Positions 24,777 to 36,500 of a stretch of DNA of 64,000 nucleotides are shown here, in pieces. The stretch comes from Schmidtea polychroa (Eukaryota): NCBI GenBank assembly GCA_044892525.1, contig CM097885.1, positions 222,146,001 to 222,210,000 of the forward strand, read 5' to 3'. Made by a program: the position numbers and the translations under genes. Every line of letters starts with the position of its first letter. Position 1 is the first letter of the stretch. The notes beneath the pieces are model-generated. The model was not told the origin of the DNA and did not search any database. It was given only the letters and a program-made list of their open reading frames with translations.

Positions 24777-27268
24777 ATGAATTCAAACAAACGATTAATG
24801 AACTCTGAAATTTCTGAAGCTTTCAAAAGAAATTTGAAATACGATCTAGTAAAAGATCATTCAACAGCAACTTCAAGGCATCATTATAACGCCCTCGCTC
24901 AAACGGTTTGGGAACAAATTTGTAGTCGGTGGATCAAAACTGAGGAACTTTATAACAAAAACGATCCAAAAGTAAATTCAATTTTCATTAAAATATAAAA
25001 TTAATATTATTATTTTAGCGAGTTTATTATTTATCTCTGGAATTTTACATGGGCAGAACATTGAGTAACACAATGATGAATATTGATTTACTTGAAGAAG
25101 TTAAACAAAATCTTTATGAAATGGGTCTCGAAATCGAAGAATTAGAAGAGATTGAAGATGATGCTGGACTTGGAAATGGAGGTCTTGGACGTCTAGCAGC
25201 ATGCTTTCTAGATTCCATGGCGACTTTAGGAATTGCTGCTTGCGGATATGGAATCCGTTATGACTATGGAATATTTCAACAGGTTTTCCATGATGGATGG
25301 CAAATTGAAAAGCCTGATGATTGGTTGAAGCATGGTAATGTTTGGGAAAAAATCCGATCCCAATATAGTCACGAAATCAAATTTTATGGACACTGCCAAA
25401 ATACCGAAGATGGAAATAATCGTTGGGTTGACACAGAATCTGTACTGGCAATGCCATATGATACACCGATACCTGGATATAAAAATGACATCTGTAATAC
25501 TTTACGCTTGTGGTCAAGCAAACCAGTTAATAATTTCGATTTTCAATCATTTAATTCTGGACATTACTTAAATGCAGTCCATGAAAGAAATAACGCAGAA
25601 AACATTTCACGTGTTTTGTATCCAAATGATAACTGTGAAGGTGGAAAAATACTGAGATTGAAACAAGAATATTTTGTTGTCGCAGCAAGTTTGCAAGACA
25701 TTATTCGACAATATAGAGAATCAGGACCTCGTTCAGGTTTTGATGAATTTCCTAATAAAGTTGCAATACAACTCAATGATACTCATCCTAGTATTGCTAT
25801 TCCCGAATTGATGCGTATACTAGTTGATTTGGAAGGTTTGGATTGGGATAAAGCCTGGGATATTTGTACTCGAACATTTGCCTATACAAATCACACAATT
25901 TTACCAGAAGCTCTTGAAAGATGGTCAGTTTCATTACTAGAGTTTCTTTTACCTAGACATTTACAAATTATCTATCTCATCAACCATTTCTTTATGTTAT
26001 CGGTTAAAGAAAGATATCCCCATGATAATGACCGCTTACGACGAATGTCAATAATTGAAGAGGGAGATGAAAAGAAAGTGAATATGGCCCATCTCTGTAT
26101 TGTTGGATCACACGCAGTCAATGGCGTTGCTGCGATACATTCCAAGATTATTAAAGACGATACATTCAGAGACTTTTCTGATTTTTGGCCTGAGCGGTTC
26201 CAAAACAAAACTAATGGAATAACTCCACGTCGGTGGTTATTGTTATGCAATCCAGATCTTTCCAATTACATCAGTCAGAATATTGGAAGATCATGGATAA
26301 ACAACTTGAATGATTTGTCAGATTTGAAACGGTTCTGCGATGATGCAAATGTGCTTGAGTCAATCATGCAAATCAAATATGAAAACAAAGTAAAATTTGC
26401 AAATTACATTGAGAAAAACATGAACATCAAAATTAATCCCAATACAATGTTCGACTTTCAAGTGAAACGGATCCATGAATATAAACGTCAATTGTTAAAT
26501 TGTTTATATGTGATTGTGCTATACAACCGATTGAAAAAGAATCCTCATTTGGAAATCACTCCAAGAACTGTCATGTTTGGAGGAAAAGCTGCTCCTGGGT
26601 ATCACATGGCCAAATTGATAATCAAACTTATCAATCAAGTCGCATCTACCATTAATCAAGATCCAATCATCAGTGAAAAGCTAAAACTTGTATTTCTTGA
26701 AAACTATCGAGTATCAATGGCAGAGAAGATCTTTCCTGCTGCAGATCTTAGTCAACAAATATCCACAGCAGGTACGGAGGCATCTGGAACTGGGAACATG
26801 AAATTTATGTTAAATGGAGCTTTGACAATTGGTACAATGGATGGAGCTAATGTCGAAATGTGTGAAGAGATGGGTAAAGAAAATATGTTTATATTTGGAA
26901 TGTTAGTAGACGAAGTCAACTCACTCAAACCAAGATATAATTCCATGGAATTTATTGGGAGAAACGAAGAACTCAATTTATGTTTAAACCAAATTCGTGA
27001 TGGCCATTTTTCACCTAATCAACCACATTTATTTCACGATATCTACAATTCTTTAGTTTACCATGATAGATTTATGTTGTGCGCTGACTTTGAAGATTAT
27101 GTCAAAGTACAGGATGAAGTTGGAAAGATGTATCAAAATAAAAGACAATGGGCTAAAATGGCTTTATTAAACATTGCATCCAGTGGAAAGTTTTCATCTG
27201 ATAGAACAATTTCTGAATATGCACGAGACATTTGGAATAGTAAACAGAACTCGCATGAAAGTTTATAG
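24777..27268 (+). CDS. PYG: Glycogen phosphorylase, copy 1 (two exons, intron 24972-25018, ~814 aa)
   Basis: Splicing joins DPK|[15 protein letters not shown]; [41 protein letters not shown] and the PLP-lysine motif [10 protein letters not shown] are all present. Confidence 0.97.
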
Positions 27269-28524
27269 TAAAATCAATTTATCTGCTTTATGTTAATTAA
27301 ATATATTTATTATTATTATTAATTTTATTGTTTCTTCAATTTTTATTTGTTTTAATAAACATTTTTATTTTAAACAATTTATAAATATTCGTGATTTTCA
27401 ATTGCTAATTATAGATTTGTTTAATTTTATAAGTAAATAATAATTTGGCTACTAACTAACTACCTATCTGATAAACTAAGTAAAATATCAATGAATAAAA
27501 TATTGATGCAATATTGATGAGATACTTATATAAAAATCTCAAAAAAAAACTAAAATAAGTTTTCCTCCAACTTATTGACATGGCGACATTGATATTTCAT
27601 ATATAGGTAGAGTAGGCAACATATAGCTCTGCCTAGGGCCGCCAAATGACTGGAACTATCATTCAACGTATTAATAAATATTCATAATAAATATTTTAAT
27701 ATATCAACTTTATTGATTATTTTGTCAATAAATTTTAAAATGAAGTGTAATATAAAAATAGTTTTGAAGTTTCTAAAATTGATAAATTCTGTGTTAACAG
27801 AGAAGAATATTTTTATATATTTTAATATTTAATTTTATATACAATTTTTAAAGTTTTAATTTTTCAAAATGTTTTTTATTTAAAATGAATTTTATAATTT
27901 TGTCTTTCAATATTATATAATTATCAGTCTTCTTTATTTACCCTAACCTTAATTTTTTTCATATTTTACTTTTCGAGTTACTTTGCCCGTGTTCTTTTTT
28001 ATATATTATATGATTAAATAAATTTCAAATATTTTTAGATATATTAGTAATAAAAGTTTATAAATTTTAAATACACCAAAAGAAATTAGTTTAGAATAAA
28101 GTGAATTTCCAACTTTAACTCTTCTATGAAAACCAGTGGGAATTTATTCGTTGATTTTTGATATAATTACATTAAAGTCATCTTTCATTTCAAAAATTAA
28201 ATTATTTTATCCAAATATAAATAAAATTAATAGTTTAAGAAATATTTTAAACCATGAAATTTTCCATTTGAATAATAATAATCATTGATAATAAATATTT
28301 AAAAATATTTTATTTAATTAATTTGAAATGATGAATTTTACTTAAATATTGTAAATTAGTAATTTTTAAAGGTTAATATTCAATTTTTTAATATATACTT
28401 ATAATAATGACAATTAAATTTCTTAGGCATATTGATAACAGAGTGGTAATATGATGTATACTGCTAATATTAACATTTATGATAATAATATTAATAATAA
28501 AGATGATAATAACTTGATATTAAT

Positions 28525-28579
<55 letters not shown>

Positions 28580-28727
28580 TTGATGACAATGATAATAACA
28601 ATAATTGCATATCAATAATTGTAATGTGCTAATATTTTAGAAATAATAATAATAATCATAAGGCAGACGGGTGCCCAATAATAGAGAATCAATATTAGAT
28701 TTGATCGTGATAATGTTATTTAAAATA

Positions 28728-29003
28728 TTTATTTCACAATTAAACTCTGTCATATATTTTTTCAATTCATGATATTGTAGCTGGTATATCCGCAGTTTAG
28801 ACAGATCTAGCACAGACCAATATAGCTAGGCCTGTCTAAATATATCGAATTCTTATTTGGATGAGCAGCAATCATATCATCATCAATTCTGATGGATTTT
28901 CTGAAAATGAGTTCTGAGGCATATACAATAATCTTTTCAGCTGAATTGCACAGCCTCAAATTCAACCGTTTTTTCAGATTCTCTACGGATTTATCATATA
29001 GGC
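28728..29003 (-). pseudogene. Inverted copy of a pPolB fragment (left half of the central hairpin)
   Basis: Reverse complement of ~29890-30168 with a few mismatches. Confidence 0.88.
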
Positions 29004-29788
29004 CAAAGGTGGGGAATCTGCTGCCTTTTGGCTATTCTAGTGCGGCCTTTTGAGTAATACCGATTTTTTTATTTTTTGGTAATTTTTTACGTGGTTTCAC
29101 TTTACGCGATCGAGAAAAAATGTTTATGATGCATATGCCGCTTCACGTGCTTTTTATTTATTCGTAGTTACACTCCTCAGTTTTCAGCAAAATTACGAAA
29201 TTTTATGATTTTAAGAAAAATTGAGCCATTTTTTGATATTTAAAGAAAATTATGCTATTTCTTTGTTTTTAAGAAAAGCTGAGCTATTTTTTTTAAATAT
29301 AATAAAATCCGTTCTATTTTCTTTATTATTTCAAAATCTGTGCTATTTTCTTTATTATTTCAAAATCTGTGCTGTTTTCTTTCTCATTTCAAAAACGTGT
29401 TATTTCTTTATTATTTCAAAAAACGTGTTATTGTTTTTATTATTTCGAAGAACGTGCTATTTCAAAATTTGTGCTATTTTTTTTATTTTCCATTTATATA
29501 ATTCTGTTTGTGTTACAACCCATCATGTCAAAGAAGATCAAGAGATCGCTAAAGGACGAAAACAGATTATTTAACAAGGACTGGGAATTGGAATATTATG
29601 TTGTTTCTGTTAAAAATAAAATGGTTTGTTTACTTTGTGATACTACTATATCAACATTGAAAAAATTCAATGCTCATCAGCATTATAGTACTCATAAGGA
29701 CCACAAGTTTTTCAAATTAGAAGGAGAGCCGCGAAAAGCTATTTTAATGAAATTAAAACACCAAAAATGAAAAGGTTCCCCAGCCCTG
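29004..29788 (+). mobile_element. Internally deleted hAT element (SPIN/GTF2IRD2-like), 785 bp
   Basis: TIRs CAAAGGTGGGGAATC / GGTTCCCCAGCCCTG; perfect 8 bp TSD ATATAGGC; truncated transposase N-terminus KRSLKDENRLFNKDWELEYYV...VCLLC...HYSTH. Confidence 0.9.
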
Positions 29789-29848
29789 ATATAGGCTGTT
29801 ATTAAATAATTTATATAAACCTCTGTACAACTCACATTTAATTTCTAC

Positions 29849-30420
29849 ATGTGAGCTGTACAGAGGTTTGTATAAATTATTTAATAACAACCTATATGAT
29901 AAATCCGTAGAGAATCTGAAAAAACGGTTGAATTTGAGGCTGTGCAATTCAGCTGTAAAGATGATTGTATATGCCTCAGAACTCATTTTCAGAAAATCCA
30001 TCAGAATTGATGATGATATGATTGCTGCTCATCCAAATAAGAATTTGATATGTTTAGACAGGCCTAGCTATATTGGTCTGTGCTAGATCTGTCTAAACTG
30101 TGGATATATCAGGTACAATATCATGAATTGATGAAATATATGACAGAGTTTAATTGTGAAATAAATATTGTTGCCGGCAACACTGATTCATTTTTTCTTG
30201 AGATTAGGCACTGTAAGCTTGATACTTTTTTGTCTGCAATGATTAGAGACAGCCTTCTATATATCCATTGTACTCGAGAAACCTTGACTTTGTGATAGGA
30301 AAATTTAAGGACGAGAGTTAAGGTCTCGGATACACTGAATGAGTTTTCTTAAGACCCAAGTTTTATAGTTTAATGGGTACTAAGGACACAATGAGAACCA
30401 AGGGTGTTAAATTAGTGGAA
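29849..30420 (+). pseudogene. pPolB C-terminal fragment from a related, diverged Polinton
   Basis: YKLFNNNLYDKSVENLKKRLNLRLC, LDRPSYIG, LDLSKL and INIVAGNTDSFFLE align with the 21237-23375 ORF. Confidence 0.85.
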
Positions 30421-31169
30421 CAGAAATTCCTCACCAGTCATATTTCTACTGTTATAATAACAATAACATATTTTCAGTACCACAGACTAGGATAGTTCAG
30501 ATTAAAAATTATTTTAATTCAAGTCAAAAATTATTTTAGTTCAGATCAATAATTATTTAAGTGCTAGATGACTTTTAAAGTAAATTTTTGAATAAAAAGT
30601 TTTGATTTGAATTATTTTAGTAAAAAAGAGAATAATATAGTGCTCATTAAATAATAAAGTAATGCTTGGAAATGATATAGTGCAGTTTGCTATTAAAAAT
30701 AGTGACACTTGTGATCATTTTCTAGTGCAACATTAAATACATTCCCCTCTTTATTTGTCAGTTTTACTTGCTTTTATTCAAGTAAAATGTATCTCAAAAA
30801 TCATCGTTAAGGTTTTAATTAATATTTACAAACTACCGCGCCAGCACCTTCGGGCAGTTGCGGATGCTGGGCGTGCTGATGATTTTAATCTTTATATTTT
30901 AAAAAAAGGTATATTTACATGTTTTATGGTGAAATGTTGATTTAAAAAATTTTGTAATAAAGCTGAGAAATTTAGTTTAGACTTTAAAATTTTGAAAAAA
31001 TTTGAGTTGACAAATATGTTTTTGAGACTTTTAGAATTTTGGGAATTTTATGATTTGGCAAGATTTTTCTTGTAAATATATTGTACATTTCTTATACTGT
31101 TGATTTCTATTACTAAAATTATATTTAAAAAAAATCTTCCCTTTACGAATCAACAGATATATTAAACAG

Positions 31170-31620
31170 CCCACTAATGATTGCATTTATTAAATATATT
31201 GATGGTAATGATATACAAGGAATAAAAGAACAAATATACTGTTGTAAAGAACTTTATCTGAGAACTGTATGTCAATCTGCATAAATGGAGCAGCATCAAT
31301 GCTAGGGCGCAAAGTGAGTTTAAATCACGATTACAATAAACGAATCCTTCAATAAAGTGGAATCGCTGCATTATACATAGATAAGTATTAGCTGCAAAGC
31401 AATTAAATAAAGGTTTGAACTAAGTTTTACAAAAAGGTCAGTTAACTTAGTTAACTTACTAAAAAGTAAGATCGCTGAATTCGCACTTTTTTAAAGTGCT
31501 ATGACTTGATATGGGATCTGAATTCATTAAAGTAAAAATTAAATAAATAACGAAAAGGTACTTATTGCAAAATGTTTAAGAAACACTGCTCTACAATATA
31601 TAAATTGAAGATGTGGTAGA
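31170..31620 (+). pseudogene. hAT (ZBED5/FAM200-like) transposase mid-region fragment
   Basis: LMIAFIKYID...INGAASMLG...RCIIHR matches the DGAxxM and HCxIHR hAT motifs in decayed form. Confidence 0.65.
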
Positions 31621-32679
31621 AAAATTAAATACCGCTCACAAACACGACAAATTCTAAAAAATATACGCAAGCTATCAATGTGCATTTATGTGTATGCACT
31701 CCTTTAATAAATTTATTAAACAATATTTTGAAACAAAATGACAAATAAATTGATTTTCGTGAAATTGAAGAAATATCATCGCAAGATTTATTTAAAAGCT
31801 AAAATTTATTTAATATTTCAGTAGCATTTCAAAAATTTCTGTCTAAAACCTTTCATTAAGCGAAGGTGAAAAGAAGATATTGTAAGATTTATTTATAAAT
31901 TTAACACAATTTATTATTTCCACATTCTACAATACTTAATATCGGGAATAGAAAGTATAAATTGTAAATTTTATTTAGAAGTTTTAAAAATATGTTATTA
32001 TTATAGAATTTCTGAAATATTATTATTTATTTCCCTTTTGACTAGATTCGTAGATTATTTACGGAATGCTTAAAAATATACATATTTATGGAGATTAATT
32101 TTTTTTCTAAATAAATAATAAATCTAACTTTAAATTGAAATATTTTCAGAAATAAAATAAATAATTTTCTGAAAATGTAGAAAAGTTAATAATAAAATGA
32201 ATGAAATCAAGTGATTTGTGAAAATAAATTATTCGTCAAGTTGAGTTACGCTTCAACTTGTAATTTAGAATGAGTATCTCAGTGGAATTTGTTGTAATTT
32301 TATATGTGGTGTATACAATGTTATATATATAGAGAGTTCCTGTACTCTATGCACTGACCTTAGGAACATAGTCAAATAAATGGTTTGAGCTAAATTATTG
32401 AACACTGAATAAATTCCAAAATAAATATCAAATTTTGATTTCTAAATCTTTTGTAGGAATTTTGATAATTATTTGAATATTATGCGATGTATAGCTGAAG
32501 AGATCCAAATCCCCTTCGAAATTAATAAGTTATAAAGTCAAAAATTTATTTCAGTGCTCAAATTTATATCCTCAGTGTTCAGTATTTAAATTGATTTAAG
32601 AAATTATAATTTCTATATCATCAAATATAGCTGTGATTTAAACTAAATACATTAAATACAGTAAAATATTCATAAAATA

Positions 32680-33300
32680 TCTTTTCATTCTTGTAGAAAA
32701 TTTATTATATTTCAATTTAATTTTGATTTGTAAAAAAAGCTTCAATCTCCTTTCATTTCACTTTTTTAATATTACATCTATTTTTAAATTTGTAACATTT
32801 TCAAGTTTTTATGTTTTCAACATTTTATATCCTCTCGCCCATCACTAAATATTCAACCCGCAACTAATTTATTAAAAGTATTTACTTTAATTTTCATGTC
32901 ATATCAATGCTACCTCACTGCTTATTGTTACCTTTGTCCTTTGCTAATAAAAGCATTAATTGTTATGTTTGACATTTCTTGTTTGGCATCAATCTTAACT
33001 GTTACAATAAAATTTCATTAATTTGACAGATTATTTTATCAATTTATCTCGATGGCAATATAGTTTTGGGTACTTATCCTTCGTTTTCCATATTTTTTTT
33101 GTTTTCGCTTTTCGATTTGTAATTATTAGTTAAATACGACCTGGTCGTGTTTCATAATTGATTGCTTTAATAATTTTGTTATTTTCATTTCATTTTCTCA
33201 TTTCTTCACATCTATCCTGCTTTTCAGAGATATTTGTTTATTAATCTTAGCCTATGATCATTTCAAAATTTAATTACAACTTATAACGTTATTAATAGCA
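32680..33300. repeat. Dispersed ~550-600 bp repeat, direct copy at ~58255-59070
   Basis: AATATCTTTTCATTCTTGTA...CATCTATCCTGC is shared at high identity with 58255-58800; a further segment is shared with ~59000-59070. Confidence 0.85.
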
Positions 33301-33306
33301 TTATTA

Positions 33307-33455
33307 TTATTTTAAATAACATTATCACGATCAAATTTAATATTGATTCTCTATTATTGGGCACCCGCCTGCCTTATGATTATTATTATTATTTCTAAAA
33401 TATTAGCACATTACAATTATTGATATGCAATTATTGTTATTATCATTGTCATCAA

Positions 33456-33537
<82 letters not shown>

Positions 33538-36500
33538 ATTAATATCAAGTTATTATCATCTTTATTATTAATATTATTATCATAAATGTTAATATTAGCA
33601 GTATACATCATATTACCACTCTGTTATCAATATGCCTAAGAAATTTAATTGTCATTATTATAAGTATATATTAAAAAATTGAATATTAACCTTTAAAAAT
33701 TACTAATTTACAATATTTAAGTAAAATTCATCATTTCAAATTAATTAAATAAAATATTTTTAAATATTTATTATCAATGATTATTATTATTCAAATGGAA
33801 AATTTCATGGTTTAAAATATTTCTTAAACTATTAATTTTATTTATATTTGGATAAAATAATTTAATTTTTGAAATGAAAGATGATTTTAATGTAATTATA
33901 TCAAAAATCAACGAATAAATTCCCACTGGTTTTCATAGAAGAGTTAAAGTTGGAAATTCACTTTATTCTAAACTAATTTCTTTTGGTGTATTTAAAATTT
34001 ATAAACTTTTATTACTAATATATCTAAAAATATTTGAAATTTATTTAATCATATAATATATAAAAAAGAACACGGGCAAAGTAACTCGAAAAGTAAAATA
34101 TGAAAAAAATTAAGGTTAGGGTAAATAAAGAAGACTGATAATTATATAATATTGAAAGACAAAATTATAAAATTCATTTTAAATAAAAAACATTTTGAAA
34201 AATTAAAACTTTAAAAATTGTATATAAAATTAAATATTAAAATATATAAAAATATTCTTCTCTGTTAACACAGAATTTATCAATTTTAGAAACTTCAAAA
34301 CTATTTTTATATTACACTTCATTTTAAAATTTATTGACAAAATAATCAATAAAGTTGATATATTAAAATATTTATTATGAATATTTATTAATACGTTGAA
34401 TGATAGTTCCAGTCATTTGGCGGCCCTAGGCAGAGCTATATGTTGCCTACTCTACCTATATATGAAATATCAATGTCGCCATGTCAATAAGTTGGAGGAA
34501 AACTTATTTTAGTTTTTTTTTGAGATTTTTATATAAGTATCTCATCAATATTGCATCAATATTTTATTCATTGATATTTTACTTAGTTTATCAGATAGGT
34601 AGTTAGTTAGTAGCCAAATTATTATTTACTTATAAAATTAAACAAATCTATAATTAGCAATTGAAAATCACGAATATTTATAAATTGTTTAAAATAAAAA
34701 TGTTTATTAAAACAAATAAAACTTGAAGAAACAATAAAATTAATAATAATAATAAATATATTTAATTAACATAAAACAGATTAATTGATTTTACTATAAA
34801 CTTTCATGCGAGTTCTGTTTACTATTCCAAATGTCTCGTGCATATTCAGAAATTGTTCTATCAGATGAAAACTTTCCACTGGATGCAATGTTTAATAAAG
34901 CCATTTTAGCCCATTGTCTTTTATTTTGATACATCTTTCCAACTTCATCCTGTACTTTGACATAATCTTCAAAGTCAGCGCACAACATAAATCTATCATG
35001 GTAAACTAAAGAATTGTAGATATCGTGAAATAAATGTGGTTGATTAGGTGAAAAATGGCCATCACGAATTTGGTTTAAACATAAATTGAGTTCTTCGTTT
35101 CTCCCAATAAATTCCATGGAATTATATCTTGGTTTGAGTGAGTTGACTTCGTCTACTAACATTCCAAATATAAACATATTTTCTTTACCCATCTCTTCAC
35201 ACATTTCGACATTAGCTCCATCCATTGTACCAATTGTCAAAGCTCCATTTAACATAAATTTCATGTTCCCAGTTCCAGATGCCTCCGTACCTGCTGTGGA
35301 TATTTGTTGACTAAGATCTGCAGCAGGAAAGATCTTCTCTGCCATTGATACTCGATAGTTTTCAAGAAATACAAGTTTTAGCTTTTCACTGATGATTGGA
35401 TCTTGATTAATGGTAGATGCGACTTGATTGATAAGTTTGATTATCAATTTGGCCATGTGATACCCAGGAGCAGCTTTTCCTCCAAACATGACAGTTCTTG
35501 GAGTGATTTCCAAATGAGGATTCTTTTTCAATCGGTTGTATAGCACAATCACATATAAACAATTTAACAATTGACGTTTATATTCATGGATCCGTTTCAC
35601 TTGAAAGTCGAACATTGTATTGGGATTAATTTTGATGTTCATGTTTTTCTCAATGTAATTTGCAAATTTTACTTTGTTTTCATATTTGATTTGCATGATT
35701 GACTCAAGCACATTTGCATCATCGCAGAACCGTTTCAAATCTGACAAATCATTCAAGTTGTTTATCCATGATCTTCCAATATTCTGACTGATGTAATTGG
35801 AAAGATCTGGATTGCATAACAATAACCACCGACGTGGAGTTATTCCATTAGTTTTGTTTTGGAACCGCTCAGGCCAAAAATCAGAAAAGTCTCTGAATGT
35901 ATCGTCTTTAATAATCTTGGAATGTATCGCAGCAACGCCATTGACTGCGTGTGATCCAACAATACAGAGATGGGCCATATTCACTTTCTTTTCATCTCCC
36001 TCTTCAATTATTGACATTCGTCGTAAGCGGTCATTATCATGGGGATATCTTTCTTTAACCGATAACATAAAGAAATGGTTGATAAGGTAGATAATTTGTA
36101 AATGTCTAGGTAAAAGAAACTCTAGTAATGAAACTGACCATCTTTCAAGAGCTTCTGGTAAAATTGTGTGATTTGTATAGGCAAATGTTCGAGTACAAAT
36201 ATCCCAGGCTTTATCCCAATCCAAACCTTCCAAATCAACTAGTATACGCATCAATTCGGGAATAGCAATACTAGGATGAGTATCATTGAGTTGTATTGCA
36301 ACTTTATTAGGAAATTCATCAAAACCTGAACGAGGTCCTGATTCTCTATATTGTCGAATAATGTCTTGCAAACTTGCTGCGACAACAAAATATTCTTGTT
36401 TCAATCTCAGTATTTTTCCACCTTCACAGTTATCATTTGGATACAAAACACGTGAAATGTTTTCTGCGTTATTTCTTTCATGGACTGCATTTAAGTAATG

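Larger units (their letters stand above)
17256..28728 (+). repeat. Left arm of large inverted duplication (partner 33307-39256), interrupted by the Polinton-like element
   Basis: 17256 ATTTGTCTCTGAAAAT is the reverse complement of the sequence ending at 39256; identity continues to 18570, resumes at 24114 and ends near 28728. Confidence 0.92.

Noticed and set aside
25332-26976. Short overlapping or antisense ORFs within the phosphorylase genes (and mirrors at 35086-36730)
   Set aside because: Shadow frames of a real CDS with no recognisable motifs.
24777-27268. Bacterial glgP acquired by horizontal transfer or contamination (nearly intronless)
   Set aside because: The sequence follows animal phosphorylases closely and has a GT-AG intron at DPK|RVYY, which I recall as an exon boundary in vertebrate genes.
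30870-30930. Hammerhead ribozyme or C/D snoRNA suggested by CTGATGA
   Set aside because: No stem II followed by GAAA and no convincing D box or terminal stem.
33417-33611. Poly-isoleucine ORF (and the poly-IY ORF at 53641-53829)
   Set aside because: Translations of (AAT)n and (AT)n microsatellites.
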